From the IMG/VR virus record IMGVR_UViG_3300026408_000032: a stretch of DNA of 20,000 nucleotides, one strand, 5' to 3'. Positions within the stretch are counted from its first letter, which is position 1. Each line of letters begins with the position of its first letter. Position numbers and translations under genes: made by a program. The stretch comes from an uncultured virus (IMG/VR IMGVR_UViG_3300026408_000032) (taxonomy: Duplodnaviria; Heunggongvirae; Uroviricota; Caudoviricetes). This document shows positions 8,052 to 15,468 of the stretch, one piece after another. A model generated the notes under the pieces. That model worked only from the letters and a program-made list of their open reading frames with translations. It had not been told where the DNA came from and did no database searches.

Positions 8052-8550
8052 AAAAGTGAATGATGACGAGATTGATGCGTTGCTACGCCGGTTTGCTCCG
8101 ATACCTAGTCTTCATGACATTTGCCAGGTCTATGGCGTGTACTGCGAAGGCTATGTGAAGATTGGGTACGCTGCTAACTTAGCTAGCCGCGTCGGAGTAT
8201 TTCGAACGTCGTGCCCCTTTCCTGTTGAGGCCATTTTCAGTCAGTCGGCAATGCGGGCGTCGGCTGTCGTGACGGAACAGCTACTTCATCTCCACTTCGG
8301 AGAACACCGCCATCGCGGCGAATGGTTCAAGATCGAAAAGACTGCGCTGCAAGAAATTGCCAAGGGCATAGATAGGGCCATCAGGTGGACGCAGGCCGCA
8401 CATTCTAGGTTGATCACACAAGACGCCGATTACATCCAAACCTACCAAGACTTCGAGCGGGCGAATTGGCGGCCAGAGGGGGCAAAAGTGGGGCTGCGCG
8501 GGTGGGGCCTGAAATCAAAATCTATAGATTTACCCAACAAAACATGCTAA
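8041..8550 (+). CDS. GIY-YIG nuclease, T5orf172/MUG113 family
   Basis: VY...YVKIGYA.NL..R....RTSCP...E..LH..F..HR.RGEWF; ATG 8041 overlaps the integrase 3' end. Confidence 0.88.
   Translation: MDIRKVNDDEIDALLRRFAPIPSLHDICQVYGVYCEGYVKIGYAANLASRVGVFRTSCPFPVEAIFSQSAMRASAVVTEQLLHLHFGEHRHRGEWFKIEKTALQEIAKGIDRAIRWTQAAHSRLITQDADYIQTYQDFERANWRPEGAKVGLRGWGLKSKSIDLPNKTC
8479..8508 (+). repeat. Putative integrase arm-type binding repeats (GGGGC x3; GTGGGGC x2)
   Basis: GGGGC 8479, GTGGGGC 8488 and 8502, about 70-100 bp from the att core. Confidence 0.45.
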
Positions 8551-8577
8551 AAACCGTTTGCCATATAATCAATGAGA

Positions 8578-8629
8578 CGCTGCCCTCCGAAGGCGAAGGT
8601 CACAGGTTCGAATCCTGTCGGGTGCGCCA
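8578..8629 (+). tRNA. tRNA-Arg(CCG) 3' fragment = att core (not a complete tRNA)
   Basis: GCC-CTCCGAA-GGC anticodon arm, ACAGG-TTCGAAT-CCTGT T-arm, CGGGTGCG-CCA end; no 5' acceptor strand or D-arm upstream. Confidence 0.9.
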
Positions 8630-8679
8630 CCTAGCTAACAAGCAGCATTTCCTAAGAAAAACGAACGTTTTTAGCCCGA

Positions 8680-8709
8680 CGGTACCTTGTGGAGGTTCCT
8701 TCGGTACCT
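8680..8709 (+). repeat. Second set of putative arm-type repeats (CGGTACCT / AGGTTCCT / CGGTACCT)
   Basis: Direct repeats at 8680, 8693 and 8702, about 50-80 bp right of the att core. Confidence 0.45.
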
Positions 8710-8954
8710 AGATTTCATTTTTTTGGACCGCGTGAAGTTTCCTGTCAATCGCAAGCTCTGTCGAGGCTCGAAATGTGCTCGGCCATCGGGACGAAGATGA
8801 CGAGTTGCACCGATAGTCCCTTAGAGAACGGAGGGCACTCTCAGTTTGACGTTACGCCTCCTCAGGCGAACGACAGAACGCACGTCGCGAGCCAACAGTA
8901 ACGAAAAGCGACCTCGATAACATGGAGGGGCTCTATGGGAGCCCTTCTCGCGTT

Positions 8955-9281
8955 TTAGAAGTGCCAAGCTCGATACAAGATCGTGATAGCAGCAGCGAAC
9001 ACAACGAGACGGTACGCAAATTTAAGGAGGGTGGCGAGCAGCTCTACGTTTGCGGACTTCGGCACATCCCGAAGCTTCTCAAAATGCTCGTTGAGTGCTT
9101 GGTGCTCCAAGTAACGCTCTCGAAGGGTAGTTAGCTCTTCTGGTGTCGGTTCCCGCGCTCCCGGCGTTTGATCACGTACAGCACTGAACTTCTGCGCGAT
9201 GACATCAGCAATTCTTGAGAACCGCATATGGGCGACGTAATTACCGCCACCGACCGTCCACAACTGCTTGCTCTCGCTCAT
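8955..9281 (-). CDS. Hypothetical protein with C-terminal transmembrane helix
   Basis: 108 aa; hydrophobic C-terminus LVVFAAAITILY. Confidence 0.6.
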   Translation of the reverse strand: MSESKQLWTVGGGNYVAHMRFSRIADVIAQKFSAVRDQTPGAREPTPEELTTLRERYLEHQALNEHFEKLRDVPKSANVELLATLLKFAYRLVVFAAAITILYRAWHF

Positions 9282-9294
9282 CTGTATCCACCGA

Positions 9295-9708
9295 TTACCT
9301 TGGTCTACACTTTCCCATAAATGTAGCCTTCGGGGAAATCTTGAGAGTCAGTTCACTATTGGCGACCCTATATCCACCGACCATCTCGGTCTTACCGAAA
9401 TCCCAAAAGACGAACATCGCCAACGTGCCATCTCCAACTCGCTCAAGTCTGGACACATAATCTGCCAGTCCGGCGTTATCCAACTGAATCCTCAGGTCTC
9501 CGTCACTCTCTGACCAGAGATGAACCCACCAGCGGTATTCGGAAAGTTCTACATGAGCAATATCGGCTCGTGAGGGAGCAGTGCCGTGGAAGTTCAAATT
9601 GCCGTCGCACGTAAGCGCGGTAGTCGTCGTGGAAAAATTGAACACAGCGAGCAAGGCTATTCCGGCCAAAACTAATAGGCACAGCACTAGCTTCGCAGCT
9701 GACTTCAC
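9295..9708 (-). CDS. Hypothetical exported/membrane-anchored protein
   Basis: N-terminal hydrophobic helix, LTCDG...GKC Cys pair, GAGG RBS upstream. Confidence 0.75.
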   Translation of the reverse strand: MKSAAKLVLCLLVLAGIALLAVFNFSTTTTALTCDGNLNFHGTAPSRADIAHVELSEYRWWVHLWSESDGDLRIQLDNAGLADYVSRLERVGDGTLAMFVFWDFGKTEMVGGYRVANSELTLKISPKATFMGKCRPR

Positions 9709-9774
9709 GGTCGCACCTCATTCTTTAGGTCATGCAAAGGCGCTGATCTAGTAACCGGCGAATCTTGTACAAAA

Positions 9775-10713
9775 CTAGTATGAGGGTTCGCTAGGCTTAT
9801 CCTTCTTGCGGGTTCCTCGCCCAGAGCGGACTGCCTGCTCAACTACGCCTTCGCCGGGAGAGATAATGGTCTGGACGTTCGCATTACCTAGATTCTTGTG
9901 AATCAAGCTGGTGGCTGTCACGCCGGTGCGCTTTGCTTCGTTGAAAAGCTCTTGAAGCTTTTCTCCAGAAATGGTCTCGCCATCAGGAGCCATGATCATT
10001 GTACTAAGAGAAAGCGTCCCTCGCTCTGCATCGGTGATCGAGCGACCATGTTCGATTAGCAATTCTGGAGCGACCTCATGCAACAAATCACGCATTCCTT
10101 CGCCGCCCGGATTTACTCGCTTGATCAGGTCTGGCGCGGAGCGTTGGGCTTCGAGATCAATTAAGTCTTCATCTGTAAATGGTACGTGGAAATCGTTGTA
10201 CCGAATGAACGGCAGGCGGTTGACCCTCATTTGAAAGTGATAGTGCGGCTTCTGTGACTCGGGATTATTCGTATCGTGCCCAGCGTAATCATTCTCGCTA
10301 CATGAGAATGACCACTCGAATTGCTTATATCTGATTGTCTCTTCAATAAGCTTGCCCGTACCTTCTTCTGGGAGATCGTTTATATTCTGCGCCCTTACAT
10401 CTTCGTTTGCGACCCACCGAAGATAGCAGGACAGGTGGCGGTACCCGTACGCCGTAGCGACAGCTAGAAAGTCATTCTTCGTGAAACGGGGCGGCTTTAA
10501 GAGCCAATGATAGCACGGCATGATTCTGTAGAATGAGTTCAGCTCAGCTAGACACCAGTAACAGCGGCCGTCTTTGAACGCAGTGCTGAACTCAGCGTGC
10601 TCTTGCTGCGCCTGCTTTACACCTTCTGCATTTCGCTCGCTAATCTGTTCAGGCGTCAGACCGCGAATGTCTGAAGCGAGCTTCTTCCCTTCCGACTTTG
10701 GGTCTTGGCACAT
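9775..10713 (-). CDS. Hypothetical protein (CxxC and PHYHF motifs), candidate defence/cargo gene
   Basis: 312 aa ORF with CYWC, CYHW and KPHYHFQM; family not recognised. Confidence 0.75.
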   Translation of the reverse strand: MCQDPKSEGKKLASDIRGLTPEQISERNAEGVKQAQQEHAEFSTAFKDGRCYWCLAELNSFYRIMPCYHWLLKPPRFTKNDFLAVATAYGYRHLSCYLRWVANEDVRAQNINDLPEEGTGKLIEETIRYKQFEWSFSCSENDYAGHDTNNPESQKPHYHFQMRVNRLPFIRYNDFHVPFTDEDLIDLEAQRSAPDLIKRVNPGGEGMRDLLHEVAPELLIEHGRSITDAERGTLSLSTMIMAPDGETISGEKLQELFNEAKRTGVTATSLIHKNLGNANVQTIISPGEGVVEQAVRSGRGTRKKDKPSEPSY

Positions 10714-10773
10714 TGTTCGCTCTGATAGCGGTATGATTATCGGGAGAAATCCAAAGCCTTGTTTCGTCGTCTA

Positions 10774-10998
10774 TCAGCCGAAGAGAGACCGAATCCAATA
10801 GGGCATTCCGAAAAGCAACGAGTACGCCCCAACGGGCGCTGTTATCAGAAAAAATGGCCCTGCGAACCCAAGAAAAAACATAATGAAGCTCTTCACGTTG
10901 ACTGCCATCCAAAGCCAGTAGACTTCCCCGACAGTGAATAGCGCCATTAGAGCGAACGCCCCGGCCACGCCAAATGTCTCTTTGAGTTTCGTAAGCAT
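10774..10998 (-). CDS. Small integral membrane protein
   Basis: 74 aa, almost entirely hydrophobic; GGGG RBS upstream. Confidence 0.7.
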   Translation of the reverse strand: MLTKLKETFGVAGAFALMALFTVGEVYWLWMAVNVKSFIMFFLGFAGPFFLITAPVGAYSLLFGMPYWIRSLFG

Positions 10999-11301
10999 GT
11001 GTGCCCCCGTGCATCACGAATCGCCCATGCTGTAGAGTACGGGGGATTGGGAGCATATGTCGTGAAGCGATAGTCGTGTTATCCACTGGTGCTGGCTATC
11101 GCCTTTAAAAATTACCTCATCGTGCCTTTCAGCGTGCAACGTACTCAGAATTAAATTGTGCGTTCGACTCGTCCAAAAGCCTGCGCAAGCTCTCATACAC
11201 TTAATATGTCTGTGAACAGAACGATTCGCCCGACATACTGTCGGCGGTCACCCATCCAATCAGCTCTAATTGGCGTGGTACAATTGAGAGAGGCTAGAGC
11301 T

Positions 11302-11835
11302 ATGAATTGGTCGCGAGGGCTCTTTCGAATTTGGATCGCTTTTACCGTAGTGTGGGTTCTATGTGTCGTTGGTGGTGCCTATAATGGTTGGCCCCAAAAG
11401 CAAGAGTGGACTCAGACTTCCGGCGCAAGCAATCCACGATCAGAACAAAGACCCGTTCGGCTTACCTATGTCGGTCCTGATGTCGGATCGGCACGCAAGC
11501 ACATAGTTCAAGCCGCTGATGGCGCAAAGTACAGCATTGAAGCACCCGAGGGTGCAACGACAGAGCAAATCATAGCATTCGCACAAAAGAACATTCCAAC
11601 GACGAACGCGACCCAATCAATATCGAAGCCCGCAAATGTTTTTGACCGATATGACACACCGCAGTCTGGTCCTCGGGAAAACTACAAATCGCCTACTGAG
11701 ATTGACACTAAGTATCGTGAAGCTGTGTTAATTCACTTAGCGCAGGCTTCAATGGCAGCTATCTCAGTACCGGGAATCTTGTTCTTATTGGGTTGGACAC
11801 TGCTATGGATTAGTCGAGGTTTTAAGAAGACATAG
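11302..11835 (+). CDS. Two-TM membrane protein with an extracytoplasmic loop
   Basis: MNWSRGLFRIWIAFTVVW N-terminal TM and PGILFLLGWTLLWISRGF C-terminal TM; GAGG RBS before ATG 11302. Confidence 0.8.
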   Translation: MNWSRGLFRIWIAFTVVWVLCVVGGAYNGWPQKQEWTQTSGASNPRSEQRPVRLTYVGPDVGSARKHIVQAADGAKYSIEAPEGATTEQIIAFAQKNIPTTNATQSISKPANVFDRYDTPQSGPRENYKSPTEIDTKYREAVLIHLAQASMAAISVPGILFLLGWTLLWISRGFKKT

Positions 11836-11846
11836 CTGGGGTGCTC

Positions 11847-12254
11847 ATGGGAAATTGGTTAAATCTCACCGGGCTGTTATACGACATCACCGGCGCATAT
11901 TTTCTCGTAAGAGCCGTCGTCTTCAATTCGAAAGAAAAAATTGCACAGCAGGTCGCTACGGCATGGAATTATAACAAGCATCTTATTCCGGCGGTCGTAG
12001 AACAAAGACTTGAGGGTGTGTTAGGGCTGATGTTGCTCGTGCTCGGGTTTATCCTGCAAGGATTAAGCGATTTTTGGGGCGGAGAGCGCGAAGAATTGCT
12101 TTTCGGTCTCGGACTCTTGGCAGCAATTTTACTCACTTATCGCCTGTCATCTCGTCTATTGATTCGTATCGGCACCGAACGAGTGATCGAATTTATCGAA
12201 GAGAAAAAACAAAAAGCTCAGGGAGAGGGGAAATCGAAGAACAATCCTGCGTAG
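11847..12254 (+). CDS. Multi-TM membrane protein
   Basis: Three hydrophobic segments (GLLYDITGAYFLV; GLMLLVLGFILQ; LLFGLGLLAAILL); likely co-transcribed with the upstream gene. Confidence 0.75.
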   Translation: MGNWLNLTGLLYDITGAYFLVRAVVFNSKEKIAQQVATAWNYNKHLIPAVVEQRLEGVLGLMLLVLGFILQGLSDFWGGEREELLFGLGLLAAILLTYRLSSRLLIRIGTERVIEFIEEKKQKAQGEGKSKNNPA

Positions 12255-12281
12255 TGCCTGAGTAATGGATCACGTCGGTGG

Positions 12282-12512
12282 TCAGCTGGCATTTTTTGTC
12301 ATCATGTAGAAACGACATAGCTCCATCCACAACAGCATCTTGCCTTTGTCCGATGTTGAGCTGGCGTAGAACATTGATCCGTTACGCTCGACTCCGATCA
12401 CAAGCACATCAGTGAGTTCGGCCTCTTCGGCGGCTTTCAGAACGTCGAGGGGTGGTGCTGGTGCGTAAGGATTGTAACCGTCGCCCTTTGGCTGTTCACT
12501 GGCATCGCTCAT
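12282..12512 (-). CDS. Small phage-type hypothetical protein
   Basis: VLKAA...LTDVLVIG...G..FYASS..D...LLWME pattern; AAAGGA RBS favours the MSDAS start. Confidence 0.7.
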   Translation of the reverse strand: MSDASEQPKGDGYNPYAPAPPLDVLKAAEEAELTDVLVIGVERNGSMFYASSTSDKGKMLLWMELCRFYMMTKNAS

Positions 12513-12662
12513 TTCATTATTTCCTTTTCCAATCACACAATGGGTCTCGCGCTAGCGTGGCGTTGTCCAAGTAAACCCCAACAAACAATCAACCTCAACT
12601 CGCCACCTGCACGAGGGCACGCACGTTCGCGCCCTGTGGTGTTGCGACCAACGAAGATCAAA

Positions 12663-12953
12663 ATGAAAGAAACACCAAAAGTCTACTACGCAGACGGCAG
12701 ACCTCTCAACCACTCGGTCGAAGTAACTCGCCAACTATGGCCGGTACTCCAAGACGTGAAGAAACTCGAAGCCGAACTCCTAGACCACGAGCGAAAGTAT
12801 CTGAATGAACTCGCTCGCCAGATCACGGAGCGAGGTTACATAGAAAGTGCCAACGCTGGGAGATGGGCAGAAAACACTCTGCAAGCAGTAGAGCAACGAC
12901 GTCTCAAGGCGGCAAAGATTGCTACACAGAAAAAGGCTCTCCCCAATGCGTAA
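12663..12953 (+). CDS. Hypothetical protein
   Basis: Start MKETPK inferred; first gene of the co-oriented + strand module. Confidence 0.6.
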   Translation: MKETPKVYYADGRPLNHSVEVTRQLWPVLQDVKKLEAELLDHERKYLNELARQITERGYIESANAGRWAENTLQAVEQRRLKAAKIATQKKALPNA

Positions 12954-13173
12954 CACAAGAAGAGGTCGTAGAAGCCGCCAATCTCAAGAGGCTCTGGACT
13001 CACTTCACTATCGCAGCGTCTCAGCAAAGTCGCGACCGACGGCAATCACATTCAAAGGCGATCACCTCAAGCGCCAAAAGTTGTTGGACACCAAATCGGT
13101 AATCTATGGCGGCTGTGTCGGTATCCGCGCCGATGTCCACTTGAAGCGACATGGGAGGTTGAACCGTGGCTGA
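12946..13173 (+). CDS. Small basic hypothetical protein
   Basis: 8-nt overlaps with both neighbours (ATGCGTAA, GTGGCTGA). Confidence 0.45.
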   Translation: MRNTRRGRRSRQSQEALDSLHYRSVSAKSRPTAITFKGDHLKRQKLLDTKSVIYGGCVGIRADVHLKRHGRLNRG

Positions 13174-13939
13174 TAGACCTTCACCGAAAGCCAAGCGCCT
13201 CGACGATACCGGACATAGGGCCGGCTGGGCGAAGTCCCCCTTCGTCAACATGAGAAATCAGGTCGTGGGGACGTGGCATGTCGTGGAGTATCTTTACGCT
13301 CTCGACCAAGCGACCTTGGACAGCGATTGGACCGAGCACTTTTGGCAGTGTCGTTGCGTTCAATGTGGAACGGAAGCGATCTTAGAACGACGTTACATTC
13401 GTGGTCGTTCTCAAAAGAAGTGTCCCGTATGTGTCGCCAGCCAGAAAGCTGAAAGGGTACGGCACGAGACCTTGAAGAAACTTCGAGTGAAACCCCAGGG
13501 TCGAAAACCTAAAGTCGATTGGGCAGAGATCAGGCGACTGACTCACGAGAAGACCGCCATTACCGAGATTGCTAAGCAGCTCGGATGCGCAACAGGAACG
13601 GTCGTAAACGCTCAGCAACGTATGGGCCTCAAGAGACCGCGCGTTTCGGTCAAGCAATACAAGGAGACGCTGCGAGTTCCCGTCGAAGTTCAGCGAGGGA
13701 AGGCAGCTAAGCGTCGCCGCGTAGAGAAGCTCGAAAGGCTGGTCTCAGGTAAGACCACGTGGAAGCATCTCAATGCTAACGGTCGTGTCGTGAAGTACGG
13801 CACCAACGAAGAGCGCATGGCTGCACGTAGACCTACAGAGGCTCAGAGAAAAGCTAGGCGTGAAGCCTATCGTCTCTCGAAGGGTCTTTCTGCCGATGCT
13901 GTTCTGAAGCGAACTGGGCGACCTCGTAAATATGCGTGA
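13166..13939 (+). CDS. Basic DNA-binding protein: Zn-ribbon + HTH + AT-hook-like tail
   Basis: WQCRCVQCG...KKCPVC; ITEIAKQLGCATGTVVN HTH; C-terminal KRTGRPRKY; GGAGG RBS. Confidence 0.75.
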   Translation: MADRPSPKAKRLDDTGHRAGWAKSPFVNMRNQVVGTWHVVEYLYALDQATLDSDWTEHFWQCRCVQCGTEAILERRYIRGRSQKKCPVCVASQKAERVRHETLKKLRVKPQGRKPKVDWAEIRRLTHEKTAITEIAKQLGCATGTVVNAQQRMGLKRPRVSVKQYKETLRVPVEVQRGKAAKRRRVEKLERLVSGKTTWKHLNANGRVVKYGTNEERMAARRPTEAQRKARREAYRLSKGLSADAVLKRTGRPRKYA

Positions 13940-13960
13940 ACCTGAGGTGAGCTTCGGGTT
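13939..13960 (+). terminator. Hairpin right after the stop codon (possible terminator)
   Basis: AACCTGAG / TTCGGGTT stem with two G-U pairs; poor U tail. Confidence 0.3.
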
Positions 13961-14444
13961 GTGTGCAGAGTGGCTTTAGGTGAAGTCAAAAATTCTACCG
14001 GAAAAATTCGCGTGGCAAGTAGACAAGGGCGCGGTACGACTTACCCCGGTAGCCCGGTCCGTTTCCATCTGAGACCAATCTGAGCACAAACGCACTTCCG
14101 ATTAGAACTCACAGAACGCAGCTCACCTTCAGAAACTCGCAGCTCACTCGAAGCTCTCATTCAGCTCGACACCACGACAGCATGGGGGGACTTCAAGCGG
14201 CGCACTGCGCTACCGAGCTGCCGTCGGTCGCCTCTAAGTAGGTTGCACATAACAACTCTGGAATTGACTCAGGAGGGGCGTTCGCTCTCGACCTCAATCA
14301 GCTTCGGAGCAAACGCGCCGACCGCGCCTCGTTGAAATTCAGGGCATCTACGGGTCTTCTGAGAGCTTTCGATGGAACCTCGGTCGAATGGCCTTGGTGA
14401 GACCGCAAGTGGACGCGAGGTGGCTTTGGGTTGCACCGGCGGAA

Positions 14445-14464
14445 TTTCCGGGACGTCCCGGAAA
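14445..14464. repeat. Perfect 20-bp palindrome TTTCCGGGACGTCCCGGAAA
   Basis: Read directly; self-complementary over 20 bp. Confidence 0.85.
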
Positions 14465-14600
14465 ATGAGCCGTGCGAACACCATTGTCACCGCCCTCTGT
14501 CACTGACCTGAAGAAACCCGATGCAACTCAAGGGGCCATACTGGACACAGAGTCTATTTGGTCCTTTGCTCCGTATATGCGAAACACGACCAATCAGGGG

Positions 14601-14733
14601 CTTCTCATGGAATACGCATTCTGTGAGAAGTCTCTCGTTTGGCCCAAAATCATTGAGTCAAATTGACTCGGGATTCTTGACGGTCGTCCAGACTTCTCAC
14701 ATTTTCGTCGAAGCAATTTCGAAACGTGAGAAC
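14601..14733. promoter_or_regulatory. Multi-box inverted-repeat site upstream of the recombinase (putative res/operator)
   Basis: Four TGAGAA boxes in alternating orientation; perfect 12-bp IR 14622-14633 / 14690-14701 around GAGTCAA-A-TTGACTC (14655-14669). Confidence 0.6.
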
Positions 14734-14756
14734 TCCAGGGCATCTTCGAGGGCACC

Positions 14757-15314
14757 ATGAAACAGGCACGAACACTCACCGACGCACGGCACGCGCAGGC
14801 GCTCAAAGCACTAGACCATCCACGAGACCGGCTCATGTACCTACTCAGTGCACGAGCTGGCCTTCGAGCTGTCGAGATTGCAGGACTCAAGTGGGACCGC
14901 ATCGACTTCGACGAGAGAGTGCTTCGTTTGAAGACCACGAAGGGCAGGAAGCCACGAGCTGTTCCGATTGCCTCGGAGGTCTTCGACGCTCTGAAGCAAT
15001 ACGAAAAGCACTCTGGTCGCCATAGGTCCGGTCTCGTCTTCGTGAACACGCACAGCCGCCCAGGGCAACCACTGACGCCCAACAGTATCGCTGCATGGTT
15101 CCGCGACCTCTACACGCGACGTCTCGGCTGGGACGGCTATTCGAGTCACTCAGGACGGCGCACATTCTGCACGAAGGTCGCTCGCAAGATCACTGAAGCT
15201 GGAGGGTCGCTCAAAGACGTCCAGGCACTCATGGGCCACGAGAGCCTTCAGACGACCTCGCGCTACATCGACACCGATCCCGAAGCACAACGCAGAGTGG
15301 TCGATTTGATTTAA
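14757..15314 (+). CDS. Small tyrosine recombinase (catalytic domain only)
   Basis: Full catalytic set: AGLRAVEI (R), TTKG (K), HSGRRTF (HxxR), LMGH (H), TSRYI (Y); 185 aa with no arm- or core-binding N-terminal domain. Confidence 0.92.
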   Translation: MKQARTLTDARHAQALKALDHPRDRLMYLLSARAGLRAVEIAGLKWDRIDFDERVLRLKTTKGRKPRAVPIASEVFDALKQYEKHSGRHRSGLVFVNTHSRPGQPLTPNSIAAWFRDLYTRRLGWDGYSSHSGRRTFCTKVARKITEAGGSLKDVQALMGHESLQTTSRYIDTDPEAQRRVVDLI

Positions 15315-15343
15315 CACAGAGAAACGGCAAGTCAGCTCTAGGT

Positions 15344-15378
15344 GCGGCTCGGGGAAACTCGGGCCGCTTCGCGTTTTT
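15344..15378 (+). terminator. Intrinsic terminator after the recombinase
   Basis: GCGGCTCGGG-GAAA-CTCGGGCCGC 10-bp stem with GNRA loop, followed by TTCGCGTTTTT. Confidence 0.7.
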
Positions 15379-15468
15379 GCGCCTCTCTCGGTCCACCTAG
15401 ATGGGTCCGAGCTAGGACAAAGCGTACATTATAACAAAACAATTCCAAAGCAACTACGAGCAAACACA

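Larger units (their letters stand above)
1..8629 (+). mobile_element. Temperate prophage, early/recombination-integration end (continues left of window), ending at att site in tRNA-Arg 3' fragment
   Basis: Co-oriented run of small overlapping phage-type ORFs (ERF, HNH, ABA sandwich, GapR-like, Xis-like), a tyrosine integrase, then a duplicated tRNA 3' half. Confidence 0.9.

Noticed and set aside
8550..8629. Complete functional tRNA-Arg
   Set aside because: No 5' acceptor strand (GCACCCG) or D-arm upstream; only the 3' portion is present
8466..8901. ORFs spanning the att site (8466..8711, 8689..8901)
   Set aside because: They cross the tRNA fragment and arm repeats; likely spurious
8955..12254. 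Integron cassette array
   Set aside because: Genes are on both strands, no attC-like repeats seen between them, and neither recombinase looks like IntI
14495..14517. Fourth copy of the T3/T7-like promoter upstream of the recombinase
   Set aside because: Only 14/23 identical to repeat 2 and lacks the AATT and AGG positions; could be chance
14269..14760. Short ORFs 14269..14490 (-), 14472..14666 (+) and 14521..14760 (+)
   Set aside because: No convincing RBS or protein-like features; the region is better explained as cis-acting palindromic DNA
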